From Dendrobates tinctorius (lineage: Eukaryota), in contig NW_027361788.1 of the NCBI RefSeq assembly GCF_039654945.1, positions 42,718,001 through 42,782,000 of the forward strand: a stretch of DNA of 64,000 nt, read 5' to 3'. Positions within the stretch are counted from its first letter, which is position 1. Each line of letters begins with the position of its first letter. The translations under genes and the position numbers were made by a program. Positions 52,116-64,000 of the stretch are shown here, one piece after another. The notes beneath the pieces are model-generated. The model saw only the letters and a list, made by a program, of their open reading frames with translations, searched no databases and was not told the DNA's origin.

Positions 52116-54384
52116 CCCCTTTCCTACATTAGATGTGCTATTCCATCCATGTGACCTGGGACCTAAGTCCCAAGGACGGAATAGTACGTCTAGCGTGATC
52201 AGCTGCACTCACAGGGGGAGCACAGCTGATCGCGGCCGGGTGTCAGCTGATTATCACAGCTGACACCCGGCACTATGTGTCAGGGACGGTCACGGACTGC
52301 CCCCGACACGTTAACCCCTGGCACACTGCGATCCAACACGATCGCAGTGTATCGGGGGTTTAGGGAAGCATCGGGAGGGGGCTCCCTCCGTGCTTCCCTG
52401 AGACCCCCCGCAGCAGCGCAATGTGCAGCGCTGCTGTGGGGGTCTCCTTCCCTGTAGGTCCCTGAATCCAAAATAGTAGCGGGGACCTTCGGGGGCCTGC
52501 ACGGAGGCTGCTTCCTCATGCCTGCAAAGCGCCAGCATGAGGAAGCCTACAGCACTGCCTTTGACAGATCACTGATCTGTCACAGCGATCTGTGATGTGA
52601 CAGATCAGCGATCTGTCACATGACAGTGATGTCCCACCTGGGACATTGTAATAAACTTTAAAAAAAAAAAAAAGTAAAAATAATTTATAAAAAAATGAAA
52701 AAAAATATTCCCTGATAAATTCATTTTTTGAAAATAAAAAAAAACAAAAGTACACATATTTGGTATCGCCACATCCGTAATGACCCGCCCTATAAAACTG
52801 TCCCACTAGTTAACCCCTTTATTGAACCCCTTAAAAAGTAAAAATAAACTAAGCAAAAAATAAAGCTTTATCATCATACCGCCGAACAAAATATGCAATA
52901 ACGCGCGATCAAAAAGATGGATATAAATATCCATGGTACCACTGAAAATGTCATCTTGTCCCGCAAAAAAAGAGCCACCACACAGCGTCATCAGCGAAAA
53001 AGTAAAAAAGTTATAGGTCGCAGAATAAAGCGATGCAAAAATAATTATTTTTTTATACAAAATTGTTTTCATTGCATAAAAGCGCCAAAACATAAAAAAA
53101 CAACATAAATGAGGTATCGCTGTAATCCTACTGACCCGAAGAATAAAATTGCCTTATCAATTTTACCGCACGCTGAACAGTGTAAACGCACCCCCCAAAA
53201 GAAATTCATGAAACGCTGGTTTTTGCTCATTCTGCATCCCAAAAATCGGAATAAAAAGCGATCAAAAAAGTCACGTGCCCGAAAATGGTACCAATAAAAA
53301 CATCAACTCGTCCCGCAAAAAATAAGACCTCACATGACTCGGTGAGTCAAACTATGGAAAAATTATAGCTCTCAAAATGTGGTGATGCATAAACTATTTT
53401 TACAATAAAAAGCGTCTTTTAGCGTGCGACAGCCGCCAAACATAAAAACCGCCATAAATAGTAAATCAAACCCCCCGTTATCACCCCCTTAGTTAGGGAA
53501 AAATAATAAAATAAAAAAAATTTATTTATTTCCATTTTCCCATTAGGGCTAGGGTTAGGGCTAGGGGTGAGTTGGGGTTAGGGTTGGTGTTAGAATTGGG
53601 GGGTTTCCACTGTTTTGGCACATCAGGGGCTTTCCAAACACGACATGGCATCCGATCTCAATTCCAGCCAAAAAAGTCAAATGGCACTGCTTCCCTTCCG
53701 AGCTCTGCCATGCGCCCAAATAGTGATTTACCCCCACATATGGGGTATCAGCGTACTCAGGACAAATTGCACAACAACTTTTGGGGTCCTGTTACTCTTG
53801 GGACAATAACAATTGGGGGTGAAAAGATCATTTTTGTGGAAAAAAAATATGCTTTTTTAATTGTACGGCTGTACTTTATAAACTTCTGTGAAGCCCTTGG
53901 GGGTTTAAAGTGCTCACCACATATCTAGATAAGTTCCTTGGGGGGTCTAGTTTCCAAAATGGGGTCACATGTGGGTTTCCACTGTTTAGGCACATCAGGA
54001 GCTCTCCAAACTTGACATGGCATCCGATCCGAATTCAAGCCAATTTTGCAGTGAAAAAGTAAAACGGCGCTCCTTCCCTTCCGAGCTCTGCCATGCGCCC
54101 AAACAGTGGTTCCCCCCACCACATATCAGGTATCGGCGTACTCAGGACAAATTGCACAATAACTTTTCCAGTCCAATTTCTCCTGTAAAGTGGGAGATTT
54201 GTACAAGGTAAAAGGGATTTTGAATAAGGAAGGCTATCACTTCATTTTGCAACGCCATGCCATACCCACATGGTATCCGCGATCCACCCGTGGCTGTTAA
54301 CAAGGTAAAAATGTTATGACTCCAGGAAGAAGGGGAGCAAGAAATGTACACGCAAAAGTTGAAAATTGCAAGGTGGTTAAGGGG
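52116..54384. mobile_element. Non-autonomous piggyBac-type element
   Basis: TTAA flanks at 52112-52115 and 54385-54388; CCCCTT/AAGGGG termini; internal direct repeats (53600-53780 vs 53970-54165); short TTAGGG-like tract; no transposase. Confidence 0.8.
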
Positions 54385-55904
54385 TTAATAAAATTAGCTT
54401 TATACACCAAAAATGCTGCAAAAATACTTAGCTGGGATTTCTGACTTTCTCTGGCTGAAAAAAAAACACTGCAAAAACGTTGAAAGAACGATGTGGTGTG
54501 GATTTAAAAAGGCAGTTTTTACAATTCAGTCAAGAAAAAAAAACAAGTGTGTGCATGAGATTTCTGCAGTCTGATAGCTTTTGCTGGTACTGTAAAAAGA
54601 AGCTTTTAATGTGCATTAAAAAAACGCAATGTGTGAATATAGCCGTACTGTGCGGCATTTCTTTTACCCATGCCTAACACTTTTGCACTGTACTTACATG
54701 GTGTACAAGTACATGTGCCCTTATTTTACATGGTCAGAATTCTGCTCTTATTTTGTAAAGTTAGAGCTTTTCTTACCTGCACTCCACTTTCTTGTGCGGA
54801 TTTACTTCTATTTGTGACATAGTATGGGGGCTTTCATAGACAACTCTAGACATAATTTCGTTCTCTTATATACCCCATATATTATCTACATTATTACATA
54901 AAATATTGATAAGCCTTTATATATGTGTGAACATTGAGATATATATTTATATATTGACCTCATATGACATAGAAATATCAGTCTGGTGGGAGTTTGTTGC
55001 TCAGGAACCCACTGCCCCGAGACCTAATGGAAGGCGTCTTGTTTGTGGTTTCCAGGCAGAGATTCCTGGAGCACAGAACAGAGGGGGATCGACAGGACAG
55101 AGCTTGTTTAACTGCTAACTGACCCAGAAAACCAGACCAGCTTCATTAAGGAAGTGAAGCAGAACCCATGGCAGGACCCCAGCATCCAGTCATTGCCATG
55201 CACTCCAGCAGAGCTCTGATGCACACAGCATGGCTGCTTCTTCATGTGGATCATCAGTCTGCAGTGCAAATTGGACATGAGAAACGCCCCATATAAAATA
55301 ACGTGTCCATCCTCTGTAGATAAAACTGACAGCCGAAAAACGCTGACCTGTGAAAGAGGCCTAATCAGATCTCTGGATTGGGGGGTTTCCCATGAATTTC
55401 ATTCATGATGGGGTCTTCCACAATTACAGAAGGCTTTCTTAGTTGCTGGTGGATCTTTACCCCAGTTCTTATACATTTTCTGTATGTAAAAGCATTTAGC
55501 ATGGCAGCATTGGCAGCGCAGGATGTGAGCGTGATGGTTTTATCCACAGATTTCCTATCTGGTCTTGTGTCCCAGCACTACTAATGACACACCTGATATC
55601 AGACTGCTTGTGTTGTAGTTGAGGGGTCTTCACATTGGTGTTCATCATCCATTAAACGTCTGCTGATCAGCTACTTGTTAGTGTTTAGACATAGGATCGG
55701 TAATGTAGATGGTTCTTTTTGCATAGACAGTCATTGCTCTCGGCAGCACGTTTACACAGGACAATGTGCTGCTTAGAGCAATTCATTTAAGCAAGCCTAA
55801 AAATCATCTCAGCGACAGTCAAGCATTTTGTTAATTCGTCTGGTGATTGGGAGCCTGTTCACCCTGGATGATTATCGGGAAATGAGTGTTTCTCAATGCA
55901 TTTA

Positions 55905-57125
55905 CACTCACTGGCCACTTTATTAGGTACACCATGCTAGTAACGGGTTGGACCCCCTTTTGCCTTCAGAACTGCCTCAATTCTTCGTGGCAGAGATTCA
56001 ACAAGGTGCTGGAAGCATTCCTCAGAGATTTTGGACCATATTGACATGATGGCATCACACAGTTGGCGCAGATTTGTCGGCTGCACATCCCTGATGCGAA
56101 TCTCCCGTTCCACCACATCCCAAAGATGCTCTATTGGATTGAGATCTGGTGACTGAGGAGGCCATTTGAGTACAGTGAACTCATTGTCATGTTCAAGAAA
56201 CCAATCTGAGATGATTCGAGCTTTATGACATGGCGCATTATCCTGCTGAAAGTAGCCATCAGATGTTGGGTACATTGTGGTCATAAAGGGATGGACATGG
56301 TCAGCAACAATACTCAGGTAGGCTGTGGCGTTGCAACGATGCTCAATTGGTACCAAGGGGCCCAAAGAGTGCCAAGAAAAAATTCCCCACACCATGACAC
56401 CACCACCACCAGCCTGAACCGTTGATACAAGGCAGGATGGATCCATGCTTTCATGTTGTTTACGCCAAATTCTGACCCTACCATCCGAATGTCGCAGCAG
56501 AAATCGAGACTCATCAGACCAGGCAAAGTTTTTCCAATCTTCTACTGTCCAATTTCGATGAGCTTGTGCAAATTGTAGCCTCAGTTTCCTGTTCTTAGCT
56601 GAGAGGAGTGGTACCCAGTGTGGTCTTCTGCTGCTGTAGCCCATCTGCCTCAAAGTTCGACGCACTGTGCGTTCAGAGATGCTCTTCTGCCTACCTTGGT
56701 TGTAACGGGTGGCAATTTGAGTCACTGTTGCCTTTCTATCAGCTCGAACCAGTCTGCCCATTCTCCTCTGACCTCTGGCATCAACAAGGCATTTCCGGCC
56801 ACAGAACTGCCGCTCACTGGATTTTTTTTCTTTTTCGGACCATTCTCTGTAAACCCTAGAGATGGTTGTGCGTGAAAATCCCAGTAGATCAGCAGTTTCT
56901 GAAATACTCAGACCAGCCCTTCTGGCACCAACAATCATGCCACGTTCAAAGGCACTCAAATCACCTTTCTTCCCCATACTGATGCTCGGTTTGAACTGCA
57001 GGAGATTGTCTTGACCATGTCTACATGCCTAAATGCACTGAGTTGCCGCCATGTGATTGGCTGATTAGAAATTAAGTCTTAACACACAGTTGGACAGGTG
57101 TACCTAATAAAGTGGCCAGTGAGTG
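55905..57125 (-). mobile_element. Intact Tc1-like DD36E (Incomer-type) transposon, 1221 bp
   Basis: TA flanks; perfect 29-bp TIRs CACTCACTGGCCACTTTATTAGGTACACC; single uninterrupted ORF. Confidence 0.95.
55937..56977 (-). CDS. DD36E transposase, 346 aa
   Basis: HTH N-terminus; WSDESRF; FQQDNAPCH; [11 protein letters not shown]; 36 residues between the second D and E (counted). Confidence 0.95.
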   Translation of the reverse strand: MGKKGDLSAFERGMIVGARRAGLSISETADLLGFSRTTISRVYREWSEKEKKSSERQFCGRKCLVDARGQRRMGRLVRADRKATVTQIATRYNQGRQKSISERTVRRTLRQMGYSSRRPHWVPLLSAKNRKLRLQFAQAHRNWTVEDWKNFAWSDESRFLLRHSDGRVRIWRKQHESMDPSCLVSTVQAGGGGVMVWGIFSWHSLGPLVPIEHRCNATAYLSIVADHVHPFMTTMYPTSDGYFQQDNAPCHKARIISDWFLEHDNEFTVLKWPPQSPDLNPIEHLWDVVEREIRIRDVQPTNLRQLCDAIMSIWSKISEECFQHLVESLPRRIEAVLKAKGGPTRY

Positions 57126-57234
57126 TACGTTGGCTAATTAAGACCCGTTTTCCTCGAACCAGCATGTCAGTGATTATGCAATTACGGTATATTTTACCAA
57201 ACATTTACAATGGTAGAAAATAAGTAACTGTAAA

Positions 57235-58746
57235 GGCACCGTACACATTACACTAAGGTTGACTGATCCCGCCAATATCAGTGCGATCAGCCAGCAGTCT
57301 AATATGTATGAGACCCTAGAAACCCATTACACGAAGATCGTCTGAACCCGCCAATATCAGTGTGATCAGACAGCGGTCTAATGTGTATGGGACCCTAGAA
57401 ACCCATTACACGAAGATCGTCTGAACTCGCCAATATCAGTGCGATCAGACAGTGGTCTAATGTGTATGGGACCCTAGAAACCCATTACACTAAGATCGTC
57501 TGAACCCGCCAATATCAGTGCAATCAGCCAGCAGTCTAATGTGTATGGGACCCTAGAAACCCATTACATGAAGATCGTCTGAACCCACCATTATCAGTGC
57601 GATCAGCCAGCAATCTAATGTGTATGGGACCCTAGAAACCCATTACACTAAGATCGTCTGAACCCGCCAATATCAGTGCAATCAGCCAGCAGTCTAATGT
57701 GTATGGGACCCTAGAAACCCATTACACGAAGATCGTCTGAACCCGCCAATATCAGTGCGATCAGACAGCGGTCTAATGTGTATGGGACCCTAGAAACCCA
57801 TTACACGAAGATCGTCTGAACCCGCCAATATCAGTGCGATCAGACAGCGGTCTAATGTGTATGGGACCCTAGAAACCCATTACACGAAGATCGTCTGAAC
57901 CCGCCAATATCAGTGCGATCAGACAGCGGTCTAATGTGTATGGGACCCTAGAAACCCATTACACTAAGATCGTCTGAACCTGCCAATATCCGTGCAATCA
58001 GCCAGCAGTCTAATGTGTATGGGACCCTAGAAACCCATTACACGAAGATCGTCTGAACCCGCCAATATCAGTGCGATCAGCCAGCAGTCTAATGTGTATG
58101 AGACCCTAGAAACCCATTACACTAAGGTCGGCTGATCCCACCAATATCAGAGCGATCAGCCAGCAATCTAATGTGTATGAGACCCTAGAAACCCATTATA
58201 CTAAGGTCGTCTGATCCCGCCAATATCAGTGCGATCAGCCAGCAATCTAATGTGTATGGGACCCTAGAAACCCATTATACTAAGGTCGGCTGATCCCGCC
58301 AATATCAGTGCGATCAGCCAGCAATCTAATGTGTATGGGACCCTAGAAACCCATTACACTAAGATCATCAGAACCTGACAATATCAGTGCGATCAGCCAG
58401 CAGTCTAATGTGTATGAGACCCTAGAAACCCATTACACTAAGGTCGGCTGATCCCACCAATATCAGAGCGATCAGCCAGCAATCTAATGTGTATGAGACC
58501 CTAGAAACCCATTATACTAAGGTCGGCTGATCCCGCCAATATCAGTGCGATCAGCCAGCAATCTAATGTGTATGGGACCCTAGAAAAGGATCCAGCATGT
58601 TGGATTTGCAGTGTTTGATCTTTTGTTGTCAGAGAATTAAGCCATCAGTCTGTCAGCAGCCCCCTCAAAGAGAACATAGGAACAGTCCAAGAGATTCTGT
58701 GTTTTGAGTATTCTGGGCCAACAGCTATCTAATGTGTGTGGAGCCC
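57235..58746. repeat. 79-bp tandem array (~17 units) amplified inside a Harbinger-type MITE
   Basis: Unit CCATTACACGAAGATCGTCTGAACCCGCCAATATCAGTGCGATCAGACAGCGGTCTAATGTGTATGGGACCCTAGAAAC (57250-58585). Outer TIR-like ends GGCACCGTACACATTA / TAATGTGTGTGGAGCC. Confidence 0.85.
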
Positions 58747-58749
58747 TTA

Positions 58750-59042
58750 GGGTGTGTGCACACGTTGCAGTTTTTCCTGCGGCCTTTTCCGCAGAGAAAC
58801 CGCATGAGAGAGAGAATTTTATTTGTATGTCCTGGAACATGGAATGCAGCTGCGGTTCCGCAAAAAAAGAAGTGACATGCTGCGGAAAATAAACCGCAGC
58901 GAATCTGCACGGAATTTTCCGCAACATGTGCACAGCGGATTTGGTTTTCCATAGGTTTACATGGTACTGTAAACCGCATGGAAACTGCTGCGGATCCGCA
59001 GGACTAAATCCGCAGCGAAAACCGCAACGTGTGCACACACCC
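58750..59042. mobile_element. PIF/Harbinger-type MITE
   Basis: TTA flanks; TIRs GGGTGTGTGCACACGTTGC / GCAACGTGTGCACACACCC. Confidence 0.88.
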
Positions 59043-59046
59043 TTAA

Positions 59047-59241
59047 GGCTCATTCACACGTCAGTATTTGGTCAGTATTTTGCATCAGTGTTTGTATGCC
59101 AAAGCCAGGAATGGAACTTACCGTGAAAAAAATATAATTGAAAGACTGACTCCTGTTCCTCATTTTGGAGACATTCCTGGTTTTGGCATACAAATACTGA
59201 TCAAAAATACTGATCAAAAATACTGATGTGTGAAAGAGGCC
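59047..59241. mobile_element. PIF/Harbinger-type MITE
   Basis: TIRs GGCTCATTCACACGTCAGTATTT / AAATACTGATGTGTGAAAGAGGCC. Confidence 0.8.
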
Positions 59242-59589
59242 TTAGGCTGGAGTCACACTAACCTGCGCAAAATACGGTCCATAGTTTACTTGCGTAATAC
59301 GGATGAATGACCACTAAATAGTGCTCCGTAGGTCATCCGTAAGCCAGGTGAGGTCGCGTATTTTGCGCATGTGCGCATCCGTATGTAATCCGTGTGGCAT
59401 CCGTATGCAATCCGTATGGCGAGATTTTCTCGCAGCCTTGCAAAATGGACATTTAACGGTTTTCAGGCCTGCAAACAATTTAAATCATTAGCCTGCACCC
59501 TATTTAGACACTCAGAAACAGGTGGCTGCCTACATTCTGTACATTTGTCACCTTGCTTTCACGAGGTGTGTTGGTGTTCTTTGTGCAGC

Positions 59590-61109
59590 ATGGCAGAGGG
59601 TCTGCGATTCAATACAACTGAGCAGGTTCTCTTTACCTGGCTTTTGTCACGGCGCTTTGGGCAACCATATCCTGTGATAGTGGATCCACGGAGGAGGAGA
59701 CGCATGTGGGTACATCCACTTTTGAGGCAACGAATCACAAGAGGTCATTTTCACCGCCTCTATTCTTCTCTGCGGGAGCATCCGGAGAAATTTTACCAGT
59801 ACTGTCGCATGAGCGTTGCCACATTTGATCGACTCTTGGAGACAGTGCGCCCTGGGATAACCTTTCAGGACACAAGGATGCGCAAAGCCATATCTGCAGA
59901 GGAGCGACTTCTACTCACAATACGGTATGTACTACACAACCACATTCCTTATATTCCTAATGTGTGTGCTAAATTATGTTTTTTGGCCTTCTTGGACAAA
60001 GTTTAATGCCATCATCTTACTCCAAATATGATTCACCTGACACAGCAGAATGTTAGATCTAATATGTCCAGCATATCACTTAGTCATTGTGCCACCAAAT
60101 ATGTGTGTGTTCTTCTCTCTCATTTCCTAACAAGTTTGGTCGGCATGTAACTGATTTTTTTTTTACTTTAGCCATTCTAAACTGTACTCTTTCTGTTGTT
60201 CTACAGCTTCCTGTCCACTGGCCTGTCTTATGCCGCCCTCCATCATGAGTTTCTCATAGGAAAATCAACCATTTCAGGCATAGTGAGGTCTACATGTGCA
60301 GAAATCTGGACAAGACTCCATCAGGTGGTCCTACCCGAGCCCAGGATGGAAGACTGGTTAAGGATATCAAGGGAGTTTGAGGAGGACTGCCAGTTTCCAA
60401 ATTGTATTGGGGCCCTGGATGGCAAACATATCAGGGTGCGTAAGCCGCCGAACTCAGGCTCCCAATTCTTCAATTATAAACAATACTTTTCTGTTGTATT
60501 GTTGGCTCTGGTAGACCCTCAATACAAGTTTATAATTGTTGACATTGGGGCCTATGGAAGGATGGGAGACTCTAGAGTCTTCAATACTTCCATAATGGCT
60601 CAGCGGCTACGCACCAACCAGTTGGATCTACCACCACCACGCCAGCTACCAGGCTCCCCTGAACAATCGGTCCCTTATGTCCTTGTGGCAGATGAGGCCT
60701 TTCAGTTATCGCGCAATATCATGAGGCCATATCCCCGGTGCAACCTTGACCACAGGCGCAGAATTTTTAACTTGCGCCTATCACATGCTAGGCGACTGGT
60801 GGAGTGTTCCTTTGGGATTCTTTGTGCCAAATGGCGAGTACTCCAGTCTGCCATTCAGTTGAGTGAGCAAAATGTGAATGAAGTTGTGAAAGCCTGTGTT
60901 GTTCTGCATGACTTCACCAGGATACAAGATTGCTCCTCCTCTGTGATGGTGTTGTGCGTAGGCCGGACAATGTGCGCAGGGTGAGACCACCTATGAACCC
61001 TCAACGTAGACCACTCTCTGGCCTCAAAGTGCGTGATATTTTCACTAATTACTTTATCTCACCTGAGGGGGCAACTTCTTGGCAAGAGCATGCTGTGTCT
61101 ATGTTATAA
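59590..61109 (+). pseudogene. Harbinger (HARBI1-like, DDE_Tnp_4) transposase, two exons, C-terminal frameshift
   Basis: Exons 59590-59924 and 60207-61109. Motifs WVHP, YCRMS, FPNCIGALDGKH, VADEAF, LVECSFGIL. The conserved tail VRDIFTNYF...W is in another frame after ~60940. Confidence 0.85.
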
Positions 61110-62032
61110 TTTGTTGCTTTAAGTGTGTCAAAATATATATTACTCAAGCCTTTATGATTCTATGAGTGTTTCAGTGCATTGGTTGGTGTCTGTTAGTATG
61201 TTGTGAGGGATTGTGAAAAATCACACAGACGTTAAGTAGAGTAGACAAATATTTAGTTTTGCCTTTTTTTTTTTCTTTTTTTTTTTTGCTTAAAGGCAAA
61301 CATAATTTTGCCATAACACAAATTTGGCAATGGCCAAAATGACCCTTTGTCCCTTCTTTAACTTGGTGTTAAATTAACATTACATAACAAAACAGCCACA
61401 AACATTAGGCAAAAACAACATTGCTGCATCACTAGATTAACCTAGATTTGCCAACAAAATGTGAGCTCCAGCACCAAAATAAAGGCAACAGGATAACACT
61501 CACATTTCCTCATAATGTTATCCAAACATAGAAAGATTCCACCATGACAGGCAAGGCTACCTCACAGCTTTCACACAGATATTACCTGTCTGTACACCAG
61601 ACAATATTTAAGCATGCTATACCGGAAAGGATGAAAATACAAAACTCACTTGTTAAGACATAGAGAGAGCAGGTTATTCTGAATGCTTGTCGCCTAGAAA
61701 TTTTGTACTAGAGATTGCTAACAAAAAAGGTGACTACTTAACTAAGGCGAGCACGCCTTTCCTAGGCGTTAGCAAGTGAGTAGTGTATTTTCATCCTTTC
61801 ATTTTCCAGCATAGCGCATTTAAAGATTCTCTTTTCTACGCACATGTAATATCTGTCTGAAAGGCGTGAGGTAGCGTTGCCTGTCATGATGGATTGTTTC
61901 ATGTTTGGAAAACATTGTTTAAAAATGTGAATGTTAAATTATGTTCTAAATGTTGGTGAAGGAGAACACCTGTTTTTTCATTTAGATTAGGAGCACCAGT
62001 TACATCTCACTGGACATCTCCAACCATCAGAA

Positions 62033-63798
62033 TCATAAATCCTCATATGTTGGGGAAGGGGAACGTGGAAGAACAGCCTGTGGGTGCTGCTGGACATTGT
62101 GGCCAACATCGCCCTGTGTGGGGCCATACTGTTGCCCATGATGCTGGAATTGTCCAGCCTCCTGGGACTGTTGGGGATACTGGCCAGAGTAATGATGATG
62201 GTGAGGGGCTTCTTGTTGGCTCTGGTAGGCCCGTGGCTCATACCCACCAAGATAGCCAGATCGTCCCCAACCAGGTTGGGACCAGCCTCCAACACTGGGT
62301 GGGTACAAGTGGCCATATTGGTGGGGTTGGCTTGAGGAATACATTTGGGGCTGCGGTATAGACGGTTGGGTAGGGGGAGGAAGGGGTTGAGGTGTTGGCC
62401 CACGTATTGGGGGCTGTTCAGACCCTGCTTGAGCAAGCATCTGTGTAGATGGTCTCATGCGCATTAAATTTCGTGGTGAGAGCTGCCACCTCTCCAGAAA
62501 TTCAAAAACCTCATATGGGGTATTGGGGGGGGGGGGGTGCTTGCATCAAGCAGGATCTGAATACATCCCCTAATACGGAGCCTGACCTCACGGGTAAGGG
62601 CATGGAGATAAAGGGTGAGGCTACGTGCATAGGCCTCCTCACCATCATCTGTAGTTACTCTGGACAAATAATTGAGCACCCCTGTGTCCACATTGGTCCT
62701 GCTCTCTTGAAGAGTGACCTGGCGCCTTCTTGTTCGCCGTGATGCTAGAGCAGCCTGTGGGGAGGACCTGATCTGGGCAGTTGGGCTGCTGCTCAAGTTG
62801 CCCGGCTCTTCCAGGATGGGTGAGGTGGCAGCAGCAGACCGTCCTGGTGGTGTGGTGTGTAGGGCAGCCATTGTGTGGTCTTGTGATGCCTCATCTTCAG
62901 CCATCCTTCTTGTAGGGGGAGAAGATGGGCCAGCCACCTCATCCCCTACAGGATCTATAATGGGCTCTGCCTCTGAGGCTGGTCCTCGATCTGTAAGGTT
63001 GGATTGAGTTCTGTTATGAAATAGAACAGAGGCAAAAATACATCAATATTTTTGTCCCTGTAAAGTATTTGTGTAATGTATTTGTGTAATGTGGTGTGAG
63101 GTATGTACTTACGGTCTCAGATCCAGAATTGGGGCGAGGAAGTTCAGCCGGTCATAGTAGATATATTTTCGTTTGACATGTCCAGCATCCCCACTCCTGG
63201 ACCGCTGCTGGCGTTCCCGGCGGTACTGGTCCCGGATGCTTCTCCACCGTTTCATCACATCTTCCACTGCAATGTGACAGGAAAGATTGTCAAAATCACA
63301 TATTTGAGAGGTCACATTTTCTAACAGTAGTCTAGGCATGGGGCCTTCTGGGGTGTGCTTTCTACCCATGGTGGCATATGTAATTGGGCCGATACACAGG
63401 GTCTCATTAGCTACACTTAAAATAATTTTATTGGCTAGGAGGATGAGGAGCTTGTGGCCTAACCCCTAATTATGGCTGTGTGAAGCCACGTGTCACATCC
63501 AAATGTAACGGCCTCATGAGGCGAATAAAAGTACATGCACAGGAAGGGGGGTGCTGATTGTAGAATCATTTTTCAGCGCTCTAAGGTTAATGATGTTTTT
63601 ATGGTTGCACTTACGAATTTTATGCTGCTCATCACGTGGTCTGTCACCAAAGTCATGGTACATCTGGCGACAGCTGCGCCTCCATGACGCCTCCTTTCTT
63701 GTCCGGTTCGCATAATTTGCATCGCGTGGGTCCCATATTTCGGGACGCTCCTGCACCAGGACAATTAGCATCTCAACAATAATGTACGTGGACGCCAT
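62033..63798 (-). CDS. Harbinger accessory Myb/SANT-like (MADF) protein with BESS-like segment; frameshift in a G homopolymer
   Basis: Exons 63798-63615, 63266-63113, 63010-62033. LIVLVQERPEIWD...KEASW...VMKRWRSIRDQYRRE...YIYYDRLNFL; DGEEAYARSL...IQILL. Frame changes at the G run near 62525-62537. Confidence 0.8.
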
Positions 63799-64000
63799 GC
63801 TGCTGCTGTACTCCGTGGAGGCGTACTTCCTGGATGTCTGGAGCGGTTTTTGAGCTCATTTGCATGTCTAGGCTTCCTGATGATGGATTGGCCCATTTCC
63901 TGTCACCAGCCAAAAGACCTGCGTATTGCTCGCAGGTCACACGTGTGTTCAGTGTGTAATCCGTATTTTTTGCGCACCCATAGACTTGCATTGGCGTACT

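Larger units (their letters stand above)
59245..64000. mobile_element. Two-gene PIF/Harbinger transposon (right end beyond the window)
   Basis: TTA then GGCTGGAGTCACACT terminus; subterminal ATACGG/CCGTAT motifs at both sides; convergent transposase and MADF genes. Confidence 0.88.

Noticed and set aside
53543-53590. Interstitial telomere or chromosome fusion site
   Set aside because: Only a few degenerate TTAGGG-like units, internal to the piggyBac-type element.
59590-61109. Host gene HARBI1
   Set aside because: Lies within a transposon terminus, is paired with a MADF gene and is frameshifted.

Overview
Vertebrate nuclear DNA, not prokaryotic. The transposon repertoire suggests a frog (inference). 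Four spliced protein-coding genes were reconstructed exon by exon from GT-AG boundaries: an ARHGEF3/NET1-family RhoGEF (minus strand, 3' end beyond the left edge), CCDC115/VMA22 (minus), IMP4 (plus, head-to-head with CCDC115 across a 151-bp ATG-to-ATG gap) and a TUBA3-type alpha-tubulin (minus, tail-to-tail with IMP4). The rest is largely transposon-derived. It includes a large BED-finger hAT element carrying a hierarchical 66/198-bp array with inverted units, a Gmr1-type (IN-before-RT) Gypsy, a four-level nest (old Tc1-like > Tc1 DD34E > DIRS1-like > solo LTR), an intact DD36E (Incomer-type) transposon, a two-gene Harbinger, piggyBac- and Harbinger-type MITEs and several minisatellites. The most notable pattern is four fold-back insertions with 14-19-bp target-site duplications (Penelope-like architecture). 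Two carry minimal hammerhead-ribozyme motifs in the sense orientation of host pre-mRNAs, and one duplicated a CCDC115 splice donor as its TSD. All coordinates were read by eye, and repeat boundaries are approximate.
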